The notes: generated from the letters alone by a model not told the origin. Positions 7,111 to 15,211 are shown, counted from the stretch's first letter. The stretch is DNA of 16,127 nucleotides from Armatimonadota bacterium (GCA_038248345.1 JBBRXO010000065.1:1-16127); one strand, 5' to 3'. Numbers and translations are program-made.

Positions 7111-8009
7111 TCTCAACAGTAGAGTACGGCGGTTGGAAAAATTGTGTCCGACTGGCCAATGACGAAATCGAACTGATTATCACCACCGAGGTGGGGCCGC
7201 GCATCATCCGCACTGGCTTCATCAATGGCCCCAACGTGATGAAAAACTTCACCGAACAAATGGGGGGTACGGGCGAGAGCGAATGGATGATACGTGGTGG
7301 ACACCGGCTGTGGAGCAGCCCCGAGGGTAAGCCACGCTCTTATGCGCTGGACAACTCCCCCGTGGAAGTTGAAGAACTCGGTGCATACGGCGTGCGCCTG
7401 ACTTCCCCGGCGGAAGTAGAGAATGGCATCCAGAAAGAGGTGGAGATCACCCTGGCCGCCGGCGCAAACCAGGTCACCGTGGTACACCGAATCACTAACC
7501 TCGGCGCCTGGGATATCGAACTGGCCCCGTGGGCATTGACTGTGATGGACACCGGCGGTATCGCCATTGTGCCATTGCCGGAGAAGCGCAGCCACGCCGA
7601 TTCACTCCTTCCCGACTTTCCGTTGGTGCTCTGGCCCTACACGGATATGTCTGACGCCCGTCTACGCTGGGGCAAACGCTACATCACCCTCAAACAGGAC
7701 GTAACTAAAGGCCCGACAAAATTCGGCATGAGCAATGAACTTGGCTGGGTGGCCTACCTGATACACGGTACGCTGATGGTGAAGTACTTCGATTTCAACC
7801 CAGGCGCTGACTATCCCGATGGAGGCTGTAATTTTGAGACCTTCTCGAACGAAGATATGCTCGAAATTGAATCCCTCGGAGCGTTGACTATTCTGGAAAC
7901 AGCGGAAACAGCGGAGCATGTCGAATCATGGCGCCTCTTTAAAGATGTTGCCGATGTAAGCACCGATGAGGAAATTGACCGCGTGGTACGCCCGCTGGTC
8001 GAAGGGTAA
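7107..8009 (+). CDS. DUF4380-like / galactose-mutarotase-fold carbohydrate protein
   Basis: YGGWKNCVRLAN..ELIITTEVGPRII, GGHRLW.SPE, YPDGGCNFE, LEIESLG; ATGA overlap with the upstream gene. Confidence 0.65.
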   Translation: MISTVEYGGWKNCVRLANDEIELIITTEVGPRIIRTGFINGPNVMKNFTEQMGGTGESEWMIRGGHRLWSSPEGKPRSYALDNSPVEVEELGAYGVRLTSPAEVENGIQKEVEITLAAGANQVTVVHRITNLGAWDIELAPWALTVMDTGGIAIVPLPEKRSHADSLLPDFPLVLWPYTDMSDARLRWGKRYITLKQDVTKGPTKFGMSNELGWVAYLIHGTLMVKYFDFNPGADYPDGGCNFETFSNEDMLEIESLGALTILETAETAEHVESWRLFKDVADVSTDEEIDRVVRPLVEG

Positions 8010-8015
8010 GAGTCG

Positions 8016-8047
8016 CTGGGCCTTTTATTGGCGAGTAAAAGGCCCAG
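8016..8047. terminator. Hairpin, probable terminator
   Basis: CTGGGCCTTTTA-N8-TAAAAGGCCCAG, 12-bp stem 6 nt after the stop codon. Confidence 0.6.
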
Positions 8048-8050
8048 TAA

Positions 8051-8086
8051 TGCAACTATCAATCCCCAACACACGTAATTTATAAT
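8051..8086 (+). promoter_or_regulatory. Candidate ECF-type (autoregulatory) promoter, with an adjacent TATAAT
   Basis: TGCAAC(8051-8056)-N17-CGTA(8074-8077); TATAAT at 8081-8086. Confidence 0.5.
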
Positions 8087-8111
8087 GATGATCTAAGCCC
8101 ACGAGGTAAAG

Positions 8112-8720
8112 ATGTCCCTGTCGTCCGCAGAAACGAATGAAGAGGAGCTTGTTCGCCGCATTCAGCGGGGGGACGAGGCCGCTTTTGACCAATTAATGGA
8201 CGTGTGTGGACCACGGGTTTTCAGCCTGGCTTATCGCATGATCGGCAATCATGATGATGCGCAGGATGTCGCCCAGGAAGCCTTTATCCGTATCTACCGC
8301 GGTCTAAAAAAATTTGACGGGCGCGCCTCCTTCACCACCTGGATGTATCGAATTGTAACAAACGTCTGCTTGAATGAGATCCGCACCCGTAAGCGCCTGC
8401 CGGTAATGTTTGAAGATGTCATTGCCAAGGAGAATTTCACTCTCGAAGATATCCCGCAACCTGGAGAACTCCCCGAAGAAGAGGCCCTGAAGCGCGAACG
8501 GCAATAGGAGTTGCTGCGGGCGTTGAAGCAACTCCCGGAGAATAACCGTCTGCTGGTGTTACTCTATGACGTGCAGGGATTAAGCTATCAGCAAATTTCG
8601 GACACACTAGGAGTTAATGTTGGTACGGTAAAATCCCGCTTGAATCGTGCCCGCATCATGTTGCGTGAATTCGTCAAAGAAACCGGTAATACATCCACTT
8701 TACCGCCCCGAAAAGACTGA
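8112..8720 (+). pseudogene. ECF (RpoE/SigW-like) sigma-70 factor with one in-frame TAG at 8505-8507; 202 aa if read through
   Basis: Region 2 (DAQDVAQEAFIRIY..L.KFDGRASFTTWMYRIVTNVC) and region 4 (GLSYQQISDTLGVNVGTVKSRLNRAR) lie in the same frame, joined by KRERQ*ELLRAL; GAGGT RBS. Confidence 0.85.
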
Positions 8721-8723
8721 AGT

Positions 8724-8752
8724 TTGGCAGCCAGACCATTTTATGGTATTAT
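8724..8752 (+). promoter_or_regulatory. sigma70 promoter of tRNA-Leu
   Basis: TTGGCA(8724-8729)-N17-TATTAT(8747-8752) with extended TG. Confidence 0.65.
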
Positions 8753-8766
8753 TTTCTTCACACCCT

Positions 8767-8852
8767 GCCCGGGTGGCGGAATGGCAGACGCAACGGACTT
8801 AAAATCCGTCGGTAGTAATACCGTGCGAGTTCGACTCTCGCCCCGGGCACCA
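8767..8852 (+). tRNA. tRNA-Leu (anticodon TAA), CCA encoded
   Basis: Acceptor stem GCCCGGG/CCCGGGC plus ACCA; D loop GGAATGGCAGAC; anticodon arm ACGGA-CTTAAAA-TCCGT; long variable arm CGGTA..TACCG; T loop GTTCGAC. Confidence 0.97.
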
Positions 8853-8883
8853 ATTCTCCCCCTGAAACACCGAATTAACCCAC

Positions 8884-8928
8884 AAAAAAACCCCGCATGA
8901 CCCGATTACCGGTCATGCGGGGTTTTTT
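8884..8928. terminator. Bidirectional intrinsic terminator between tRNA-Leu and the GH38 gene
   Basis: AAAAAAA-CCCCGCATGACC-loop-GGTCATGCGGGG-TTTTTT. Confidence 0.9.
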
Positions 8929-8950
8929 CATGCTGGCATCTATCCGACTA

Positions 8951-11680
8951 TTAAGCCAGAACTATTCGCAGTGTCACAATGTGATATGGTGTTACGGTAA
9001 CCGCCACGGTGTCACCGGCTACGCTCATCTGTGCGCTGGCATCCGGCATATCTTCCGCCATTGTTACGGCGGTGGCAGCGGCAATTGTTCCATAGCATTG
9101 CAAGCGTTCACTCGCCGTGGCGCCATTGGGGTTCCACAGCCGCACAATCAGCCCGTTGCCATCCTCTGCTGCTTTGATGGTAGATACCACCAGTGTTTTA
9201 TCCAGTTGCTCCAGGTATGACTTCACCGGAGCTGCTGTCCCCTGCAGCGCCGGATACCCGGAGTCCAGGCAACCAGTTTGCCGCGTCAGCACACCTGCTT
9301 GCAGCGCCTGCAACTGCATCAATGCCGCTACCCGCGGCAATTCGCCAGCATAGGGCATCAGCGCATATTTCAGCTTGATGGTGCCCAGCTCCAGCCCATC
9401 TACCTCGCCTAAAGTACCTACGGTATTACGGAAGGAGCGGAATAGCGTCACCTGCATGGTGCGGCGCAGATCATCCACCACCCCACCCTCGTGCATGCCA
9501 GCAGCAGCGAGGAAAGCCAACCCACGATTGGCAGATCCGACTGCCTGCATACCCAGGAATGGCTTCTCGGCAATCTCTGCTTCTTGCCAGGTTTCAGTCT
9601 CCATGTCGAGAGCAATAGCACGCTCAACGAGATCAAAGGGATGGTGCGCCAGATAGGTGGTCGCTTCGACAGCATCAGTAGGCAGCAACAGCCGCAGGCG
9701 ATGATCTTCCGCTGTATTTTCGATGATCGTTTCCACATCAACGACTTTGGCCCCACGCCGTAAAGTGATGTTGTGGGTAACCGGTAACTCAACCCGCTCG
9801 TTAGAACGTTTCTCAGTCCGGGAGTCGTAGCGATGCGGTACTGACAAGCGGACGGTTACCGCAAAAGTTACCTGCTCTGGCCCATCGTGCAACACCGCTA
9901 GTTGCGCTGACGCAGTGCTGGATACGATAATCTCATCGGTAACCGTCTCCCCATGGAACCATCCGTCCCCGATTTCACTGCGATCTTCCAGCATCAGCAG
10001 GTCGCTATAGGTGGCGCCAGTTAGCCTGTCAGTCAACTGTAGTGTACCGTTGCAAGCGATGGCGATTTGCAGGTATTCATTCTCGGCAACAGCAGGTCCG
10101 GTGCGCAGGGTACCCATGCGCCGTATTGGGGTAGGACAGGATTTAACTAATAACGAAGTGAAGCCCAATGCCGGTAATGCAACCTCTGCAGCTACCTGAT
10201 AGCGCGTAAATACCGCCGGCCCGTGATGCACAACCCCGGCCAGGGCGAACTGTGAACGCTCACTGATATTGGGAATAATCCCCAACCGCTGATATGGTAC
10301 TTCATTCCCGGCCACGTCATGCAAGGTAAATGATTTCATCCATTGCGCATTGAATCCTTCCGAGAATGCATGCGGGTAATCTTTAGGCAAATCTACAGAA
10401 AATGCGACAACTTCTCGCCGCGCCACCGGTAACGAGTTGGCTATAGTGATGGTGAACTCGTCCTTCTCTTTTGCCAGGTCAGCGAATTGGCTAGTGAGAG
10501 CGCCGAATGATTTAGCGCGAAGCTGCTGACCGAGGATACGGGCTTGATCGAAGCGATACATCATATCGCGGTGTACTTGATCGATTGAGCAACCGCAGAT
10601 ACTATCATGCGCATGGTTCAGCAATACATTTTCCCAGGCCAGCCGGAGGAATCTCGCCGGGATAGCAGCGGACTGCATATTCGCCAGCGCGAGGAACGGC
10701 TCCACCCAACGCTCCAGCAGTGTCTGGCAGTTATCATTGGCCTGTTTCATCTTCACTCGTGCCGAGACACAGTTGGGGATCAGCCACAGGTAACCCGCCC
10801 GAATCTTTGATGGCTCACGCAATTCTCCCTTCTTAACTGGAATATCAGTCGCAGTCGCCTCGGCGTCGGCAAAAAATGCCGGGAGTGTGGAATGACACAC
10901 CGACACATTAGGAAGCTCCTCATGGATCAACTTCACTAATTGCTTGACGTTAGTGGCGGGCGGCTGGTGATCCAAAGCGTCAATCAAACACAAAGCATCA
11001 CCGTTGGTTCGAGATATTTCATCCTTAATATACGAGCTTAAGCTCTCCCGTGCCTTTGCCTCTGCCTGCGGATCGATATTTCCATTTTTATCAATGCTGT
11101 CTAATGCTGAGCGAGCGCCACTAAATGCTCCATAGCCCATAATATCTTGCAGTTTGAAAGTGAATACATTACTGCCGTCCGGAGCTTGCCAGGTAAAGAA
11201 TGCTGGTGTAGTGTGCTCGTTTGTACCGCGTCCGACTACACAATGCGGGAGCGCAAAGCCTTTATATATCTGTGGCATCTGCGATGGATGGCCGAACATG
11301 TCACACGTGTAGGCTACTGGCATTGCCGGTACATCCCACTCCTGACAGATGCGTTTCCCCATCAATAAATTACGTACTAATGCTTCGTCACCGGGACAGA
11401 ATAGATCTGGCATAGTGAACCAGGGGCCGATAAGAATTCGCCCGTTTCGCATCAAACGTGCCAACCGCTCGCGATTTTCCGGACGTACTTCGATGTAGTC
11501 CGCCAACACGCAAGTTTGCCCGTCCAGATGGAAATAGCGAAATTCTTCCGAAGTTTCCATCATTTCCAACAATTGATCGATGATCTCCACCAGTAACAGC
11601 CGATATTCCTGCACCGGGCGGTACCACTCACGATCCCAATGGGTACCGGAAATGTAGTGCGCTGAAAAAGTTGATTCCAT
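8951..11680 (-). CDS. Glycoside hydrolase family 38 (alpha-mannosidase / mannosylglycerate hydrolase-like)
   Basis: THWDREWY Zn ligands, FHLDGQ, IGPWF, DMFGH nucleophile motif, HAHDSICGCSID, C-terminal IKAAEDGNGLIVRLWN; GAGGGG RBS. Confidence 0.92.
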   Translation of the reverse strand: MESTFSAHYISGTHWDREWYRPVQEYRLLLVEIIDQLLEMMETSEEFRYFHLDGQTCVLADYIEVRPENRERLARLMRNGRILIGPWFTMPDLFCPGDEALVRNLLMGKRICQEWDVPAMPVAYTCDMFGHPSQMPQIYKGFALPHCVVGRGTNEHTTPAFFTWQAPDGSNVFTFKLQDIMGYGAFSGARSALDSIDKNGNIDPQAEAKARESLSSYIKDEISRTNGDALCLIDALDHQPPATNVKQLVKLIHEELPNVSVCHSTLPAFFADAEATATDIPVKKGELREPSKIRAGYLWLIPNCVSARVKMKQANDNCQTLLERWVEPFLALANMQSAAIPARFLRLAWENVLLNHAHDSICGCSIDQVHRDMMYRFDQARILGQQLRAKSFGALTSQFADLAKEKDEFTITIANSLPVARREVVAFSVDLPKDYPHAFSEGFNAQWMKSFTLHDVAGNEVPYQRLGIIPNISERSQFALAGVVHHGPAVFTRYQVAAEVALPALGFTSLLVKSCPTPIRRMGTLRTGPAVAENEYLQIAIACNGTLQLTDRLTGATYSDLLMLEDRSEIGDGWFHGETVTDEIIVSSTASAQLAVLHDGPEQVTFAVTVRLSVPHRYDSRTEKRSNERVELPVTHNITLRRGAKVVDVETIIENTAEDHRLRLLLPTDAVEATTYLAHHPFDLVERAIALDMETETWQEAEIAEKPFLGMQAVGSANRGLAFLAAAGMHEGGVVDDLRRTMQVTLFRSFRNTVGTLGEVDGLELGTIKLKYALMPYAGELPRVAALMQLQALQAGVLTRQTGCLDSGYPALQGTAAPVKSYLEQLDKTLVVSTIKAAEDGNGLIVRLWNPNGATASERLQCYGTIAAATAVTMAEDMPDASAQMSVAGDTVAVTVTPYHIVTLRIVLA

Positions 11681-11697
11681 GTTATCCCCTCAAAATC

Positions 11698-11726
11698 GCC
11701 CCACTCACAAAGTTGATGAGTGGGGC
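11698..11726 (-). terminator. Terminator-like hairpin in the GH38 leader
   Basis: Minus strand GCCCCACTCA-N9-TGAGTGGGGC-GATTTT, immediately before the RBS. Confidence 0.5.
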
Positions 11727-11785
11727 TAGGCTCCAAAATATTATTTCCCCGCTAAACCTTCACCTTTCGGTGTTTTCTCGCGTGA

Positions 11786-11815
11786 ATTGTATGCTAGCGT
11801 TGCTTGTTGTGTCAA
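11786..11815 (-). promoter_or_regulatory. sigma70 promoter for the GH38 gene, overlapping the kinase stop codon
   Basis: TTGACA(11815-11810)-N18-TACAAT(11791-11786). Confidence 0.6.
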
Positions 11816-13689
11816 TGCTGACTAGTATCAAATTGCGCAAAATCTAAAGCGCAGGCGCCGTGACTGAAGGTGATCACGCGCCGTTGTTCCTCATACGCCG
11901 CCAGTGCCCCATTGAGTATCTCCAGCCGCTCTTTTCCGGCGGCGAATTCTTTACTGCCCGGCGCGGAGAAGCGCATCTCATCATGCAGCACTTGCCGGTA
12001 GAACTCAAAGCGCTCTGGCTTCAGGTAATACTCACGATCGAGGTAGCTACACATCTCCTGCGAGTGCTCCTCACGCACTAGAATTGAGACGCAGCCGCCC
12101 TTGCCCGCGCCGGTTAGTTTGCCGCCGAGGTAGCCGGGACCACGCTTGGCGATACTCAGGAGCAGATCAAGCTGCGGGACAGAGACGCGAAAATCAAAGG
12201 TGAGCGCATCTTGCAAGGTGTCTACCAATCCTCCCACTTCGGTACGGTATGCGTCGTATTCTGGCGAATCCGGGCTGATCTCCCCCGCCGTTACCCGCTG
12301 TTCCGCCTCCAGAAATATACGCTCCAGCGTATTGCCGATGATATTCTGCTTGAAGAAAAAACGCGCAGTGGTACGTACATGGTAGCCGCCAATGCTGCGT
12401 TTCGGCTTAGTATACAACTTCGTCACCGTCTCCGCGTCCAGATTCAATATCGTGCCCGCTTCCTCCGGGGTGATCTTCACCGGCAAAAGCATCATCAATT
12501 CCTCGATAGCCGCATTAGGCACACCGAGTATCTGCTCATTCAGGCTGCCGAATTTGCGGTAATTCGCGGCTATGCGCGCCCAATATTCCCGGTGCTCCTC
12601 CAACAATGGCGTTGCACATCCCGGCACATAGCCGAAGCGCTCCCGTACTAATGTACACAGCCAACCTTTGCCGGTGACCCCGTCACAAAGCGCCGCCTGC
12701 ACCGATTCAATCAATAGTTGCAGCAGCTTGTCGCCCAGAGCCATCCAACCTTTGCGCATGTTGAAGCTCTGGTTGCCGCCCGCGCTCTTGTTCACTTCCC
12801 ACAGCGAATTGGCCAATACTACATGGACGCCACGCAGGAAGGGTAGTGGCGTGGCGTGCAGCTCCGCTTGCGAATGACGGTTGTAGCTCACGCTGTTGGT
12901 TGCGTTGAGGAGAATAGTCATCTGGTCATTTGCGCCGCCATGGGTGCCCACATACCACTCCGCTTCGCCCAGCAGCCGGCAGACTTCGGATACCGTCCAG
13001 TGCGGCAGGTTTTCCTTGTTCGCCGCCCACAAGGCGAGGAAAGAGAGCACTACCACCGCGGAAGAGGAACTGGTGCCCGCACGGAATGGGACGGTGGCCG
13101 CGCCAAAGGTGATGTCCGCGCCGCATAGTTGCAGCTCCGGCATATCCCACTTCACGCGCAGATACGGGCTTAGTACATAGTTCAGCCAGTGCCCCTGCTC
13201 GCGCCCATAATATGGATAGAGCAACGAGTGATTATCCCAATTATCTTCCATGTCGGAACTGCCCGCCACCATTGTCGCCCCGACGAAACGGGCAAACTCC
13301 CCATTTATGGATAGCTGCTCCGCCGGGAAGAGCGGATTGATGTTGCCGACATTAAGCACGTCATCCTCACGGGGGGAGACGGCCACCGGGATATCACCGT
13401 CGATAGTAGTAGACATATGGTCACCATCACACATATCGAGGTATTCCAAAAAAGCGTTCAGGCGCCCGGGAGCGCGTAGCAGATAGGTAGGCCGGTTGCC
13501 CACTCGCTCGATATGGAGAGTGAGTAGCTGGATAAAACGCCGCTTCTGTGCTGCCAGGTACGCCGGATCAGTCTTTACATATATCTCCTCACCCAGGTAA
13601 GCATCCAGCGCCGGAGATTTCGAGCGTAAAATTGCCAACATATCTTCAGCAAGCAACGGTGTCATCTTCGCAACAAAAGGGGTAATCAT
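11812..13689 (-). CDS. Large GHMP-family sugar kinase (galactokinase/GalNAc-kinase-like)
   Basis: RAPGRLNAFLEYLD, VPFRAGTSSSSA (ATP loop), EAEWYVGTHGGANDQ, GGKLTGAGKGGC; ~625 aa. Start placed at ATG 13689 after GAGGA. Confidence 0.85.
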   Translation of the reverse strand: MITPFVAKMTPLLAEDMLAILRSKSPALDAYLGEEIYVKTDPAYLAAQKRRFIQLLTLHIERVGNRPTYLLRAPGRLNAFLEYLDMCDGDHMSTTIDGDIPVAVSPREDDVLNVGNINPLFPAEQLSINGEFARFVGATMVAGSSDMEDNWDNHSLLYPYYGREQGHWLNYVLSPYLRVKWDMPELQLCGADITFGAATVPFRAGTSSSSAVVVLSFLALWAANKENLPHWTVSEVCRLLGEAEWYVGTHGGANDQMTILLNATNSVSYNRHSQAELHATPLPFLRGVHVVLANSLWEVNKSAGGNQSFNMRKGWMALGDKLLQLLIESVQAALCDGVTGKGWLCTLVRERFGYVPGCATPLLEEHREYWARIAANYRKFGSLNEQILGVPNAAIEELMMLLPVKITPEEAGTILNLDAETVTKLYTKPKRSIGGYHVRTTARFFFKQNIIGNTLERIFLEAEQRVTAGEISPDSPEYDAYRTEVGGLVDTLQDALTFDFRVSVPQLDLLLSIAKRGPGYLGGKLTGAGKGGCVSILVREEHSQEMCSYLDREYYLKPERFEFYRQVLHDEMRFSAPGSKEFAAGKERLEILNGALAAYEEQRRVITFSHGACALDFAQFDTSQH

Positions 13690-13734
13690 TATATATCCAA
13701 TCCTCAATAGGTGATTTCAACAACTCATTATTAT

Positions 13735-13850
13735 GCTGGGCCTAAAGTCCCGGCTGCATGGCGCTACGCGCCGGTCGTGCGCCCGAAGGTAGTCCGCGTA
13801 GGTGGACGACTAGCATTTTAATGCCCTGCAGCCGGGATTTCAATCCCAGC
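13735..13850. mobile_element. 116-bp MITE/REP-like palindromic element
   Basis: 24-bp terminal inverted repeats (13735-13758 and 13827-13850, 20/24 match), each self-hairpinning; the core is shared with 2011-2035. Confidence 0.65.
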
Positions 13851-13915
13851 GAGAAGGCAACCCATAATAATTATCATGTCAGAAAGCGCAATTCTCATCA
13901 ACTCTGCAGGAAAAT

Positions 13916-13944
13916 ATTATAGCATAGGGTAGATATGCTGCCAA
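13916..13944 (-). promoter_or_regulatory. sigma70 promoter for the GHMP kinase gene
   Basis: TTGGCA(13944-13939)-N17-TATAAT(13921-13916) with extended TG. Confidence 0.65.
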
Positions 13945-13993
13945 TTAATGGGTTCTCGCAGCTCGTAAAATCACGGCTAATCTGCAGGAAAAC

Positions 13994-14022
13994 TTGACAC
14001 CGCATAAATCGGCTGGTAAACT
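13994..14022 (+). promoter_or_regulatory. sigma70 promoter for the 3D-domain gene
   Basis: TTGACA(13994-13999)-N17-TAAACT(14017-14022) with extended TG. Confidence 0.7.
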
Positions 14023-14186
14023 TCAGCTATTCTGTCGAAACAGAGGACACCAATTAGTCCTCATTCGCAGCGTAAATGGTCTGTTTTGCAAGAGAATATT
14101 AAAAGTCGCAGCTGTACATTGCAGTAATTATCGTAGCCTGCTCAGCACCATGCGCCGCACCCAATCTATTGGAAAGGGAGGTAGCA

Positions 14187-15056
14187 ATGAGCCAGAGAGG
14201 TTTGCGCCCAGAAGCGCAAGAAAGAAGGATAGGGCCTATCGGAATACAGAGAAAAATTGCGAATATCGTAACTTTGAGCATTTTGCTCACATTTGGAACC
14301 ACCTTCACCCTACCCGCGCAAGAAACCACACCCGCAGCAAGTACCACATCACCAGCCATTTCATTGCAGGTCGACGGAGCAATTCGTCTGCTTGCCGGTG
14401 AGACCGGCACGGTGCAGAGCGTACTCAATACCGCGGGCATCACCCTGAAAGGCTACGACATCATCGAACCGGGACTAAACACAACTGTGACACCGGGGAT
14501 GAAGATCGTGGTAACGCGCATGGCAGTGGAATGGTTCACCGTCCCCTACACCGTGGAGGCGCCGGTAGAAGTCCGCGCGAATGACACCCAGGTGCAGGGA
14601 GAATCAAACACCATCCAGGAAGGTCAGCCGGAAGTAGGCGAAACCATGTGGATGCTCTGGAAAAAAGATGGGCAGGAAACCGCCCGCTGGTTCCAGGGGA
14701 AAAGGATTTCATCAGTCGCCAAACCAACAATTATCACCCGCGGCACACTTCCCTCGCGCAGCGGCAAAAATGTGCGCAAAGTGCTGTACATGGAAGCGAC
14801 AGCGTACACCCCGTGGGATCCCGGGTGCTATGGTAAAACCGCCACCGGCGATATCGCCAAACGCGGAGTAATCGCCGTTGACCCACGCGTCATCCCATTA
14901 GGGACGCGAGTCTTTGTGGAAGGCTATGGCATGGCAGTAGCGCTGGATACTGGCGGCGCTATCAAAGGCAACATCATCGATGTCTGCGTAGACACCAATG
15001 CCGAAGCCAACCGTTGGGGCCGCCGACACGGCGTCGCCGTGGAGATAATTGAATAG
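14187..15056 (+). CDS. Exported DUF348/G5/3D-domain cell-wall protein (YabE-like)
   Basis: N-terminal hydrophobic segment; TVQSVLNTAGITL..D.IEPGL (DUF348-like); IQEGQP (G5-like); MEATAY..TATG..IAVDPRVIPLGT..ALDTGGAIKGNIIDV (3D); GGAGG RBS. Confidence 0.88.
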   Translation: MSQRGLRPEAQERRIGPIGIQRKIANIVTLSILLTFGTTFTLPAQETTPAASTTSPAISLQVDGAIRLLAGETGTVQSVLNTAGITLKGYDIIEPGLNTTVTPGMKIVVTRMAVEWFTVPYTVEAPVEVRANDTQVQGESNTIQEGQPEVGETMWMLWKKDGQETARWFQGKRISSVAKPTIITRGTLPSRSGKNVRKVLYMEATAYTPWDPGCYGKTATGDIAKRGVIAVDPRVIPLGTRVFVEGYGMAVALDTGGAIKGNIIDVCVDTNAEANRWGRRHGVAVEIIE

Positions 15057-15077
15057 GTTTTGAGCAAAACACGACAG

Positions 15078-15119
15078 ATACTCTACTGGGAGAGGCGAAA
15101 GCCTCTCCCAGTAGAGTAT
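15078..15119. terminator. 19-bp perfect hairpin with GAAA loop between convergent genes
   Basis: ATACTCTACTGGGAGAGGC-GAAA-GCCTCTCCCAGTAGAGTAT. Confidence 0.65.
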
Positions 15120-15211
15120 GTATACCTAACCCGGCTAGGCAGGAACCACAGTACATTCACCGTTATTGCGTTGCTATTCCATTTGATATTGCCCTGAAGG
15201 GGCAATTATCC

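Noticed and set aside
8767..8852. The adjacent tRNA as an amber suppressor for the sigma gene
   Set aside because: The anticodon is TAA (reads UUA/UUG) in a normal Leu body, not CTA.
11740..11785. Glycine or c-di-GMP-I riboswitch call from ACACCGAAAGGTG
   Set aside because: The other required conserved segments (CTCTCAGG, or GGCAAA/GACGCAAA) are missing; it is kept only as an unclassified leader.
8853..13850. Genomic island integrated at tRNA-Leu
   Set aside because: I saw no integrase and no duplicated tRNA 3' end (att site) in the window.
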